From Sandaracinaceae bacterium (lineage in GTDB: Bacteria > Myxococcota_A > Polyangia > Polyangiales > JADJQN01), in assembly GCA_016712745.1 (NCBI GenBank), contig JADJQN010000001.1, forward strand, positions 1,777,494 to 1,841,493: a stretch of 64,000 nucleotides of DNA, written 5' to 3'. The translations under genes and the position numbers were made by a program. Below, piece by piece: positions 1 to 8,207 of this stretch. The first letter of the stretch is position 1, and each line of letters starts with the position of its first letter. The notes under the pieces were generated by a model, which was given only the letters and a program-made list of their open reading frames with translations, was not told where the DNA came from and searched no databases.

Positions 1-783
1 GGTCAGCGTTTCGATGTAGTGCTCTGTTCGGATCTCGGTCGCACGCGTCGAACCGCGGAAGCGCTAGGCGTCGTTGCCGAGCCGCTCGCTGCCTGGCGCG
101 AAGCGAACGTCGGTTCGTGGGAAGGCCGAACCCAAGCTGAGATCGCGCGCCTCTTCCCGGAAGAAGTAAAGTTGCTTCTCGACGGCGAGGACTTCCGCAT
201 CGGCCAAACCGGCGAGTCGTTCGGAGAGTTCCAGAACCGCGTCGCCGAAGCGTTCAACGGCGTCGTGCAGACGCTACGGCCGACTAACGGACATGCGGTC
301 GTCGTTACCCACGGTGGTGTGATCTCGACCTTGCTCCTGCACCTCATGGGAAAAAAGAAGCGGCTCGGCACGCGCACGATGGCCATGCTGCGAAACACGT
401 CGCTCACGACGGTTGCCTTCGACGATCACCAGAAACCGCACATCGCCGTTTTCAACGATGCGACGCACCTCGGCACAACCGCCGGTTCCTCGCCGTTCGC
501 GCGTGTGGCGATGCTTCACGCAAACGACGATGCCCAAGCGCTCGAGCATCTCGACTCGGCACAGCTATTCACCACGTTCGGAGCTGCGCGCCACACCATC
601 GCAGCTCATCCGGCGTCTATCTCATCGCTCGCCAGCAGGCTGCTGCGCTGCCAAGACGAGCATGCAGCCTTTGCGCCGCCCAATCACGGTGCAGCTTCTC
701 ATTTCGAAATTGTCGAAGGCGCGGTTTCGCTCCTCGATCACGGCGTCGTGCCACGCGACAGCGCCAACCACGCCAGTACGTAA
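1..783 (+). CDS. histidine phosphatase (phosphoglycerate-mutase-like) family protein, 5' end outside window
   Basis: Frame 1 is open from base 1 (GQRFDVVLCSDLGRTRRTAEALG...). It carries WEGRT and VVVTHGGVISTLL blocks typical of the His-phosphatase superfamily. ORF track 19..783. Confidence 0.6.
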   Translation, partial: GQRFDVVLCSDLGRTRRTAEALGVVAEPLAAWREANVGSWEGRTQAEIARLFPEEVKLLLDGEDFRIGQTGESFGEFQNRVAEAFNGVVQTLRPTNGHAVVVTHGGVISTLLLHLMGKKKRLGTRTMAMLRNTSLTTVAFDDHQKPHIAVFNDATHLGTTAGSSPFARVAMLHANDDAQALEHLDSAQLFTTFGAARHTIAAHPASISSLASRLLRCQDEHAAFAPPNHGAASHFEIVEGAVSLLDHGVVPRDSANHAST

Positions 784-1553
784 AGCGTTGCCATCACGGC
801 GAAGCCAATCAACGCCGGGCGCCGGTCTTCGCGCCGCAAGCGCCGCGCCCGTGGATGGGCTGCGATCACGGCGAAGCTCATCAGCGGCAACGCCGGCATG
901 GCGAGCTCGGTCCACCAAACGAAGGCCATCGTGCCCATGAGTCCGACAAAGAGCGCGATGATCGTTCGGCTCAGTGGAAGCTCGTGCACGCGCGATGCAG
1001 AGATGAACAGCGCAGCAGCGGTGACGTCTCCCACACCCAGCACGGGAACGAATTCCTCCGTTCCAAACAGAGGCCAAGGCAGCGCGAGCACGGACATGAG
1101 GCTCGGCGCCGCGTAGACGATGGCTGCGCTGGGTCCTGCTGGGTGAAAGACGCTGAAGGTATCGGCGAGCGTGAACACGACGCCGACAATGAAGAGCTGA
1201 CCCGGGTGTTGAATGGCGCGACCAATGACTGTACCGATCGCCGTCCCAGCAAAGAGCAGCGCCGAGAGCACGACCGACGCCGCCCACAATGAGGTCGTGC
1301 CTGGTTTCAACGTCGCGACGATCTCGAGCGCCGCGATTGCGACCAACACCAAAATCAATGACGAGCGAGCAAGCGGGGGGGCAGCCCATGCGGTAAACAA
1401 CGTCGCCGCCACTACGCAGCAGAATGCTGTCGAGTAGACGACGAACGGTGCAACTCGTACGTGCGGCGCAAAAACCGAGACCACGCTCATAACGAGGACT
1501 GCCGCAAGTGCGCTTCCGATCCAGCGCGCGTAGCCGATTGTCTCGGGCTTCAT
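738..1553 (-). CDS. polytopic membrane protein, presenilin / signal-peptide-peptidase-like (GxGD aspartyl protease family candidate)
   Basis: ORF 738..1604. Start moved to ATG 1553 (MKPETIGY), 4 nt after the Crp gene stop. About 9-10 hydrophobic helices. LADTFSVFHPAGP, LGVGDV and AMPALPLM motifs lie in successive helices, with 44 aa between the GVGD Asp and PAL. Confidence 0.55.
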   Translation of the reverse strand: MKPETIGYARWIGSALAAVLVMSVVSVFAPHVRVAPFVVYSTAFCCVVAATLFTAWAAPPLARSSLILVLVAIAALEIVATLKPGTTSLWAASVVLSALLFAGTAIGTVIGRAIQHPGQLFIVGVVFTLADTFSVFHPAGPSAAIVYAAPSLMSVLALPWPLFGTEEFVPVLGVGDVTAAALFISASRVHELPLSRTIIALFVGLMGTMAFVWWTELAMPALPLMSFAVIAAHPRARRLRREDRRPALIGFAVMATLYVLAWLALSRGTTP

Positions 1554-1557
1554 CGTA

Positions 1558-2271
1558 TCAGTTCTTGATGCGGGGCCCGAACGCCAACGCTTCAAGTCGC
1601 GCAAGGTCGCAGACTTCGATGAGATCGGGCGTGACCTTCAGGGCACCTTCCCGCTCCAGAAACGCAAGCCCGCGCGAAATCTCTTCACGCACCGTGCCGA
1701 GTCGGCCCGCTACCGTCTCGGTCGTGAGGTCGCGCACCAAGAGGCGACCGTCTTCGCCACGCGCCACGCGCGATGCGACGAGCGTGCACAGAAACGAAGC
1801 GAGGCGCGCAGGCACCGTGCGCAGCGACAAATCGCTGACAAGCGCGAGCACGCGATCTTCGCGATGCGCGCGCAAATCCACCATGGCGCGCAGGATGGCC
1901 GGCTTCCTCTCACCCAACGTCGCAATGACCTCGTTGCGGATCAGCAGTGCCGTCGCAGCGCGCATCGCCAAGGCGCTCGCTCCGTACTTGCCGCCATCGA
2001 ATCGCATGCCTTCCACGATCACTTTGCCCGGCCTCGCGAGATAGAGGATTTGCTCCCGCCCGTCCTTGCCATTCTTCGTGAGTTTAACTTCGCCCGTGCG
2101 GACGATATAGAGGCCCTCGGCTTCCTGCCCCTCGGTGAAGAGTGGCGTGCCGCGAACGCACTTCCGGGTCTCCGTCGCATCGGCCAAGGCCTTAAGCTCA
2201 GAGGCGGGAAGCGCCGCCAGGATGGAGACATCCTTTAATAGGTCAGAAGCCGACCTTTGCAGCAGAGCCAT
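1558..2271 (-). CDS. Crp/Fnr family transcriptional regulator (cNMP-binding + HTH)
   Basis: cNMP-binding block GTPLFTEGQEAEGLYIVRTGEVKLTK..GREQILYL. C-terminal HTH is TVAGRLGTVREEISRGLAFLEREGAL. Start taken at ATG 2271 (MALLQRS); the ORF track start is 2328. Confidence 0.8.
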   Translation of the reverse strand: MALLQRSASDLLKDVSILAALPASELKALADATETRKCVRGTPLFTEGQEAEGLYIVRTGEVKLTKNGKDGREQILYLARPGKVIVEGMRFDGGKYGASALAMRAATALLIRNEVIATLGERKPAILRAMVDLRAHREDRVLALVSDLSLRTVPARLASFLCTLVASRVARGEDGRLLVRDLTTETVAGRLGTVREEISRGLAFLEREGALKVTPDLIEVCDLARLEALAFGPRIKN

Positions 2272-2339
2272 GCCCGGGAGGGTAGCATTCTCCGGTTCCG
2301 GGTGGAGATGTGTGGATCTGTAGGTCATACTACCCGTCC

Positions 2340-3986
2340 ATGTCGATTCCGCCGCCCAATCGCGCGACTGCTTCGAGTCAGCCCGACGCGTTTATTGCGG
2401 TAAAGCTGCACGAGCGCAGCTGGGTCGTGGACCTTCCCGTCGGCGCAAGCGTTGTGGCTGGCAGCGGGCGGTCAGCGCAGATCCGCATCGACGCAACGGA
2501 CGTGGGCGCACATCACGCGGAGATCCATTGGGACGGCGAGCGCCTCACGCTGCACGAACGGCGTGACGACTCCGCCGCGACGATTCTTGTGAACGGCAAG
2601 CTCATCGGCGACGACATCGAACTTATCGCGGGTGATGAAATTGCGGTCGGCCCCGCCACCTTAGTTGTGGGTACGACCGCGACGACCTCGCAGGCAGGAC
2701 GCAAGCCGCTCGCACACCAAGACTTTCACGCTCGGGTTGCGGAAGAGATGGCACGCGCACTTCGCGCGGGGCGTCCGACATCGCTTGCGATGGTTCGCGC
2801 ACTGCCGGGTGAAGGCGCGAGCATCGCCCAGGCGGCACTTGATTCGTTTCGCGCCGGCGACGTTGTTGGCATCTACGCAACCGACGAGCTTGAGTTTCTT
2901 CTCCCCGACGCACCGGGTGACACGGCACGAGCAGCACTGACGCGCCTCTTCGCGCGCGCGGGTGTAACGAAAGTTGTCGCCGGCGTTGCGGTCGCGCCGC
3001 ACGACGGAGATCACGTTGAACGCCTGCTACGTTCAGCGCGCCAAGCGCTCGCTCACGCGGAGCGTACGTCGAGCAATCACATCGAGGGCCCGCCCGCGCA
3101 AACGCCCTTGATGCTCGGCGCACCCATCGCACTCGATCCACGCACCGTGCATCTTCTCGGCGAGTTGTCGGCTGCTGCAAGCGAGAACCAAAACGTGCTT
3201 CTCTCCGGCGAAGCGAGCAGCGGGCGCGGGAGCTATGCCCGCCAGATCCATAACGAAAGCCCCCGATCTACGGGCCCATTTGTGCGTTTGCGCGCCAACG
3301 CGACCGTGCCCGACGACGAGCTACTGCGCACCTTCGCGCACGATGCCGAAGCGGCGATGAAGCAGGCCGAGCACGGCACTCTTCTTATCGAAGAGCTGTG
3401 TGAGCTCACGCTCGAAGCGCAGACATGCCTTGGCGTAATGCTTGAAGAGCACCCCGATCTTTGCGTGATCGGCACGACGCATCGCAATCTGCAGACACTG
3501 ATCGAGCGCCAGACTTTCGATGAAGAATTGTGGAAGCGCATCGCGCAGGCGCTCATCAGCATTCCGCCCTTGCGTGAACGACCGCTCGACATCGTGCCCA
3601 TGGCCGAGCGATTTGCGATCGAGTTCGGAGCCGTGCCCCCCATTAACTTTTCGCCGGGAGCACTGGCGCGTCTTCGCGGACACGCGTGGCCGGGCAACGT
3701 TCTCGAGCTGCGCAATGTCATGGAGCGCGCCGTCCGCCTCGCAGGCAACGGTGAAATCTTTGCCGAGTATCTTCCGTCGGATCTTCCGAGCGCTCCGGCG
3801 AGCGATGGTCGCCTGCGCGAACACGTCGATTCGATCGAGCGCGACGCCATCGTCAAAGCGCTTTCCGAGAACCATCACAATCAGACGCGCGCCGCACGCA
3901 AGCTAGGCATCTCGCGCCGCGCCCTGATCTACAAGATGGAAAAGTACGGGCTCAAGTTGCCGCCGAGCTCAACGCGAAAGTCGTAG
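2340..3986 (+). CDS. FHA domain / degenerate GGDEF-like / degenerate sigma-54-activator AAA+ / Fis-HTH regulator
   Basis: FHA-like N-terminus (GRSAQIRIDATDVGAHHAEIHWDGERLTLH..VNG). Central segment has GIYATDELEFLL in place of GGDEF. Walker A is GEASSGRGS (Arg where Lys is expected), Walker B is GTLLIEEL, and no GAFTGA is present. WPGNVLELRN follows, and the C-terminal HTH is TRAARKLGISRRALIYKM. Confidence 0.7.
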   Translation: MSIPPPNRATASSQPDAFIAVKLHERSWVVDLPVGASVVAGSGRSAQIRIDATDVGAHHAEIHWDGERLTLHERRDDSAATILVNGKLIGDDIELIAGDEIAVGPATLVVGTTATTSQAGRKPLAHQDFHARVAEEMARALRAGRPTSLAMVRALPGEGASIAQAALDSFRAGDVVGIYATDELEFLLPDAPGDTARAALTRLFARAGVTKVVAGVAVAPHDGDHVERLLRSARQALAHAERTSSNHIEGPPAQTPLMLGAPIALDPRTVHLLGELSAAASENQNVLLSGEASSGRGSYARQIHNESPRSTGPFVRLRANATVPDDELLRTFAHDAEAAMKQAEHGTLLIEELCELTLEAQTCLGVMLEEHPDLCVIGTTHRNLQTLIERQTFDEELWKRIAQALISIPPLRERPLDIVPMAERFAIEFGAVPPINFSPGALARLRGHAWPGNVLELRNVMERAVRLAGNGEIFAEYLPSDLPSAPASDGRLREHVDSIERDAIVKALSENHHNQTRAARKLGISRRALIYKMEKYGLKLPPSSTRKS

Positions 3987-4014
3987 CGGCGTTCGCCAGC
4001 GACTCGCAACGGAA

Positions 4015-4776
4015 CTACTTGATGACGCGCAGGTACGGCGGCAACTCACGCGGCTTGCGCGGTTGAGCCGAAGGGGATGCGTTGGGACGTGCGCTCGGGC
4101 GTGCGCTTGTCGAACCAATAGACGACGAGCTCGCAGCAGACGATGAAGACGAGGCTGAGCGCGCAGTGGCCGGATTCGAGCTGCGTCGCGCATTCGGACG
4201 CGCTGACACCGTGGGCGGCTCAGACAACGATGGCGCACGCGAAGGGCGTGTCTTTTGAACACGCGGCTTTGTATTGATCTTATCCAAGCGCGAAATGGAG
4301 TTGAGCATCGGCTTGGGCTTCGGCTTTTCCATGTCGACTTCAGCTGCGATTTCGGCTGGCATGTCGTTCGGCCAGACCATGCCTTTGCCGTCGTCGCCGA
4401 CAAGGGCGAAGACCGCATTCCACGGAACCACACACGAGTGCGGGCTACGTGCGAAGGAGAGAGTGCCGAACACGCCTGCGTCGTCTACACGCAGATCGGG
4501 AATGGGCACCGGAAGATCTAGCCCGATCTGCAAGACGAGCTGGGGCTGCGTGCGCAGAAAGTCCGGAACAGAAACCTCTGCGATGCGCGGATCGAGATGC
4601 ACAAATACGCTGCCCCGAAGCAAGAGGGCCCGGGCAACATCTTTTTTCGGCGGCAATCGAACCGTTTCGCTCACGGGAGGGGTTGTAGCTGATCCATTAC
4701 GCTCGCGCCACGTCGAGTTCATCGGCTGAATTTCCGTCGTGATCTCAGCGACGCGCCGGGAACTTCGTGGGAGCAT
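4015..4776 (-). CDS. sspB: ClpXP adaptor SspB (stringent starvation protein B family)
   Basis: Conserved-looking N-terminal block (ALLLRGSVFVHLDPR...CVVPWNAVFALV). This is followed by a long low-complexity Ser/Ala/Pro linker. The extreme C-terminus is PPYLRVIK, resembling the ClpX-binding LRVVK tail of E. coli SspB. Alternative start at 4722. Confidence 0.7.
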   Translation of the reverse strand: MLPRSSRRVAEITTEIQPMNSTWRERNGSATTPPVSETVRLPPKKDVARALLLRGSVFVHLDPRIAEVSVPDFLRTQPQLVLQIGLDLPVPIPDLRVDDAGVFGTLSFARSPHSCVVPWNAVFALVGDDGKGMVWPNDMPAEIAAEVDMEKPKPKPMLNSISRLDKINTKPRVQKTRPSRAPSLSEPPTVSARPNARRSSNPATARSASSSSSAASSSSIGSTSARPSARPNASPSAQPRKPRELPPYLRVIK

Positions 4777-4834
4777 CGCTGTCCAGACCCTGAATGCGAC
4801 GCATGGGCAGGATGGAAGTGCTGCACGTCGTTGA

Positions 4835-5977
4835 ATGCTGGGGGATCGCCTCGAGCGCTACCAGGTATTCGGTCCGGAACAAGACGTATCTGTCGGCGAG
4901 GAAGCCGGCGTCGACTTCGTTGTTCCCGGAATCGGTTGCGCCCGCTACGCACTCGTTGAATCGAGAAGGGGCGTCTTCACGCTCTGCGCCGCGCCGTGGG
5001 CCGAGGTCTACATCGAGCGCGTCAACGAAGAGCGGGGATCGAGCATCGAGTCTCTCTTGGAGTATACGGGTACCCCAACACGCACACGCATTCGCTTCGA
5101 GCGAGGGATGCGTGCAATTGTCGTGGTGGGTGAGCTGTCGTTTTACATCTCAGTCGAGAGAGCCGTACCAACTCCGCGACGTCTCGCCTATGCGATCGTC
5201 GCTTGGCACGCTTGGCTCGCTGCCTCGTTCGCACTTCACGCAATCTACTTGAGTGCAGGATTGTACTTTTGGCCGTTGCCAGAACCATCCGCGCTGCTTC
5301 CAGAAATCGACTATCAAACAGCGAGCTGGTTCGTGCGTATCAGCGACGGGCTCGCGCGGCCCGCTGCGCGTCAATCGCGGCGTGCGCCCGATATCGCTCA
5401 ACACGCGTCGGGGCGTGGATACCCGCCAATGCAACTTAGCGTGGTCGAGCAAGCTGCCGTTCTCAGCCTCACGCCCCCTCCGTGGCGCGACTTCTCGAGA
5501 TGTTCAGCGTCGGAACACGAGCAATTGGCCATTCGATGGGGCTCCGATCGCGCTGATCAGGAGTGCGGGTATGACGATTTCACTCTCGAGACCGTCGCCG
5601 ACATGGACCAGAGTGCGTGGAGCCTCGTGCCATATGTACGGATGACGTTACGCACCACGACCGCCGGCAGCCTCACACCTAATGTTGTCCAGACATTCAC
5701 CGAGGCTCGCATGGCAGAGCTGCGCTTCTGCTACGAAAACCTTTCCGCGCAAGCGCCACGACACGGGACCACGCGGGCGTCCGTCACTCTCGAGCCCGCC
5801 GGCACCGTTAGCGAGATCAGCACTCGCCACGGCAATCGCCGTGACGAGACGCTCACTCCGTGCATCGAGCGCACCGTTCGCCGCTGGACCTTCCCTCCCG
5901 CACCCAGCGCGACGCGCGCGAGTCTGACGTTCACCTTTCGCACGAACCGGCAATACTTCTCGATCTTGTCTCGCTAA
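4835..5977 (+). CDS. membrane-anchored protein with FHA-like N-terminus and AgmX/PglI-like (TonB-C-like) C-terminal domain
   Basis: One central TM helix (AYAIVAWHAWLAASFALHAIYL). C-terminal ~90 aa carry the pattern FCYENL...G.V......C....V..W.FPP as recalled for the myxobacterial AgmX/PglI C-terminal domain. Confidence 0.45.
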   Translation: MLGDRLERYQVFGPEQDVSVGEEAGVDFVVPGIGCARYALVESRRGVFTLCAAPWAEVYIERVNEERGSSIESLLEYTGTPTRTRIRFERGMRAIVVVGELSFYISVERAVPTPRRLAYAIVAWHAWLAASFALHAIYLSAGLYFWPLPEPSALLPEIDYQTASWFVRISDGLARPAARQSRRAPDIAQHASGRGYPPMQLSVVEQAAVLSLTPPPWRDFSRCSASEHEQLAIRWGSDRADQECGYDDFTLETVADMDQSAWSLVPYVRMTLRTTTAGSLTPNVVQTFTEARMAELRFCYENLSAQAPRHGTTRASVTLEPAGTVSEISTRHGNRRDETLTPCIERTVRRWTFPPAPSATRASLTFTFRTNRQYFSILSR

Positions 5978-6072
5978 TCGAAAACGCGCGCCAAATGGTG
6001 TGGGAACGCACGTGAGCGCTCGCCAATGTGGCGACGCAAAGCCGGCGGCCTCGCCGACGTCACGACCCGCCT

Positions 6073-6100
6073 TTGCATAAGCGCGAACGGGCCCTATGAT
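6073..6100 (+). promoter_or_regulatory. sigma-70-like promoter candidate for ssrA
   Basis: TTGCAT (6073-6078), a 16-nt spacer, then TATGAT (6095-6100). The element ends 24 nt upstream of the mature tmRNA 5' end. Confidence 0.4.
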
Positions 6101-6123
6101 GTGTTTGCCCTTTGCTAAGGAAA

Positions 6124-6481
6124 GGGGGCGACACGGTTTCGACGGGGGTACCAAAGCGGTTGTGGCGTGCCGTCGGTGATTGGGACGACGTAAAGACCTC
6201 GATCAAACACGAAGTGCCAACGATAACGCACTCGCTCTCGCGGCCTAACTAAGCCAAAGGAGCCGTCGACCCGCGGAGTCTGTCAGTACTCTTCGGCGAG
6301 GCGTCATTGAACTGACTAGCTGTCTATTTGCGATTCGGTAGAACGGCGAAACTCTAGAATCGATAGCGGTGTGGCGAGCCTGTCTGTGGGCGCAACGCAT
6401 CGCAAAACTAAATCACAGAACACGCACGTAGAAGCAATCGTAGAGGACTTTCGGACGCGGGTTCGACTCCCGCCGCCTCCA
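6124..6481 (+). ncRNA. ssrA: tmRNA (transfer-messenger RNA)
   Basis: 5' GGGGGCGACACGGTTTCGACGGGGG. 3' GGACGCGGGTTCGACTCCCGCCGCCTCCA; the acceptor stem GGGGGCG/CGCCUCC pairs with one G-U. Tag reading frame 6216-6248 is GCC AAC GAT AAC GCA CTC GCT CTC GCG GCC TAA, giving ANDNALALAA. The CCA end is not fully encoded. Confidence 0.95.
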
Positions 6482-6486
6482 CAATT

Positions 6487-6506
6487 GGGGCCGCACGCGC
6501 GGCCCC
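6487..6506 (+). terminator. GC-rich hairpin directly after ssrA (terminator candidate, no U-tract)
   Basis: GGGGCCGC-ACGC-GCGGCCCC, a perfect 8-bp stem, 6 nt after the tmRNA 3' end. Confidence 0.4.
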
Positions 6507-6872
6507 CTCCACCTCGGCGAAGCCGAGGCGGAGCCTCCCCCACGGCGAAGGAACCGCTCGACGCGCGGTTCCTCTCCGCTGCCGCGGATTCACCTCCGGC
6601 TCGTTGCGTTCGAGGGTCGTCGCTAGCTGGACGCGATGCGAGGTTCCTTTCCGCTGCCGCGGATTCACCTCCGCTCCTCGCGCACCGTCACGCGACCCTC
6701 CCTCATTTGGGCGAAGCCCAAATGAGCCTCCTGCCCGCGAAGGGGCATGCTGCCCCTCGTCGCTACCGCGACTTCACCCCGGCCGTGAACGGGTGAGTCT
6801 CGGTGGACGACGGATCGTCGCACGAGGTTGGTGAAGCGTGGTTCCTCTGCGCTGCCGCGGATTCGCCTCCGA
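6507..6872. repeat. array of GCGAAGC-centred hairpins and ~33-nt repeats (GGTTCCTCTCCGCTGCCGCGGATTCACCTCCGG)
   Basis: 33-nt copies lie at 6567-6600, 6642-6674 and 6840-6872, with a degenerate copy near 6752-6783. Hairpins are CTCCACCTCGGC-GAA-GCCGAGGCGGAG (6507-6533), GGAACCGC..GCGGTTCC (about 6550-6573) and CTCATTTGGGC-GAA-GCCCAAATGAG (6702-6726). Confidence 0.8.
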
Positions 6873-6989
6873 CTCGCAGCACGATGAATCCAGGTCGCGT
6901 TCCGTCCGCATCGCGGTCGTCAGCTCGCAGTGGCCTCCGTGCACGACGAGAGGCGACTAGCGCATCCTCCACTCTCTCTGGTAGGACTC

Positions 6990-8108
6990 TCAGCGGTTTG
7001 ACCTTGGCGGAGATCGCACTCGGCCAGTGGCTACGTAGCGTTGAACTGTCCTTGGGCTGATGCGCAACCGCGCCGCAGTTTTGATCGTGTTTCCGTCCTC
7101 GCGATCGAGAGCAGCTTCTACGATTTGCTGAATGAGAGATTCGAGACCGGCATCGAGATCGAGGCTCATCGTCGTCTTGGACGACGACACCGAATCCATC
7201 TGCTTACCTGACTCGACCGCTTGCGATCGAACGCTCTCAGGCAAATCGGCGACTCTCGCTTGGCGACCATCGCGAAGCAGACACAACGTTTCGACTACGT
7301 TTCTGAGCTCACGGACGTTACCCGGCCAATCGTAGCGGAGCAGTAAAGCTTTCGCTTGACGACTGAACTTCGGTGGGCGCACGCCATGCTTGCCGGCGAG
7401 TTGAGAGATGAACTGATTGAGAAGTGGTGCGATATCGACTCGCCTCTCGCGTAACGGTGGCACGTTCAGCGTGACTCCTTGGATACGATAAAAAAGATCT
7501 CCGCGAAAACGTCCCGCTTTGACTTCGGGTTCGAGGGGCCGGAGCGTGGCGAACATCAAGCGAATGTCCGCTTCGATCTTCATCGCGCCACCCACGCGCA
7601 TGTAGCGGCGATTTTCGAGGAAGCGTAGGAGCTTGGCTTGCATCGGCATCGGCAACTCGCCGATCTCGTCCAAGAAGAGTGTGCCTTTCTCTGCCGCTTC
7701 TACTTTGCCGTGTCCTCGCGCATTGGCACCCGTGAACGCGCCGCGCTCGTGTCCAAAGAGCTCACTCTCGAACAAGGCCTCGGGGATCGCAGCACAATTG
7801 ATCGGAATGAACGGACCCTTCCGACGTTCGGAAATTTCGTGCGCTCGACGCGCCAAGACTTCCTTCCCGGAGCCGCTCTCCCCGATGAGAGTCAGCGTGA
7901 CTTCCTTGGCCGCAACCGCACGAAGGATCTGGTCGGCCTTTCTCATGGCGGCGGAGCGCATGACTGGCTCGAATACAACGTCAAGTTGTCGTTTTCGTTC
8001 CACCATCGGCCCGAAAGCTAGCAGGACGCGTCGTAGTTGACCACAAACTCCCCGGGAGAGGCCCAAATGCGAGCGCGACGGGGCAAAAGCTGATGGAGCC
8101 GACGTCAT
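6990..8108 (-). CDS. sigma-54-dependent transcriptional activator (enhancer-binding protein) without recognisable sensory domain
   Basis: Walker [27 protein letters not shown], Walker [22 protein letters not shown], and C-terminal HTH ([16 protein letters not shown]). Only ~60-90 aa precede the AAA+ core. Start is uncertain (8108 or 8006); the ORF track start 8189 would overlap pckG. Confidence 0.85.
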   Translation of the reverse strand: MTSAPSAFAPSRSHLGLSRGVCGQLRRVLLAFGPMVERKRQLDVVFEPVMRSAAMRKADQILRAVAAKEVTLTLIGESGSGKEVLARRAHEISERRKGPFIPINCAAIPEALFESELFGHERGAFTGANARGHGKVEAAEKGTLFLDEIGELPMPMQAKLLRFLENRRYMRVGGAMKIEADIRLMFATLRPLEPEVKAGRFRGDLFYRIQGVTLNVPPLRERRVDIAPLLNQFISQLAGKHGVRPPKFSRQAKALLLRYDWPGNVRELRNVVETLCLLRDGRQARVADLPESVRSQAVESGKQMDSVSSSKTTMSLDLDAGLESLIQQIVEAALDREDGNTIKTAARLRISPRTVQRYVATGRVRSPPRSNR

Positions 8109-8207
8109 GGTTCGCATTTTGAGTGCACCCATATGTCGTATCCGCAGCGAGTTGAGGCTTGCGATGCAACAGATCCATTTGGTGCACATTTTGCTCAGGA
8201 ACCCTGC

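Noticed and set aside
5200-5216. TGGCAC-containing sigma-54-like strings inside coding regions (for example near 5200, 13263, 22119, 25046)
   Set aside because: They lie within CDSs. GG-to-GC spacing is off by one or more, or the -12 TTGC element is missing.
6578-6598. Resemblance of the repeat core CTGCCGCGGATTCACCTCC to the 16S rRNA 3' end (CTGCGGTTGGATCACCTCC, anti-Shine-Dalgarno)
   Set aside because: The match is short and gapped in a GC-rich context. There is no surrounding rRNA similarity. It is most likely coincidence, and I recorded it only as a curiosity.
6371-6796. ORF-track CDSs across the ssrA 3' end and repeats (6371..6796 +, 6408..6668 -, 6803..7060 +, 11403..11600 +) encoding RFLSAAADSPP / VNPRQRRGT repeats
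   Set aside because: They overlap the tmRNA gene and are produced by the nucleotide repeats. The covariation preserves base pairing rather than a reading frame, and there are no start or Shine-Dalgarno contexts.
6567-6872. Possible CRISPR array formed by the 33-nt repeats
   Set aside because: There are only four copies, one of them degenerate. Start-to-start spacing is irregular (about 75, 110 and 88 nt). The intervening sequences are themselves hairpins of a repeat family, and no cas genes are in the window.
8133-8207. Upstream starts giving overlapping 5' ends for pckG (8133) and the divergent EBP (8189)
   Set aside because: They would make the two divergent genes overlap by ~57 nt and add non-conserved-looking N-termini. 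The internal ATGs (8208 for pckG; 8108 or 8006 for the EBP) fit expected protein lengths.
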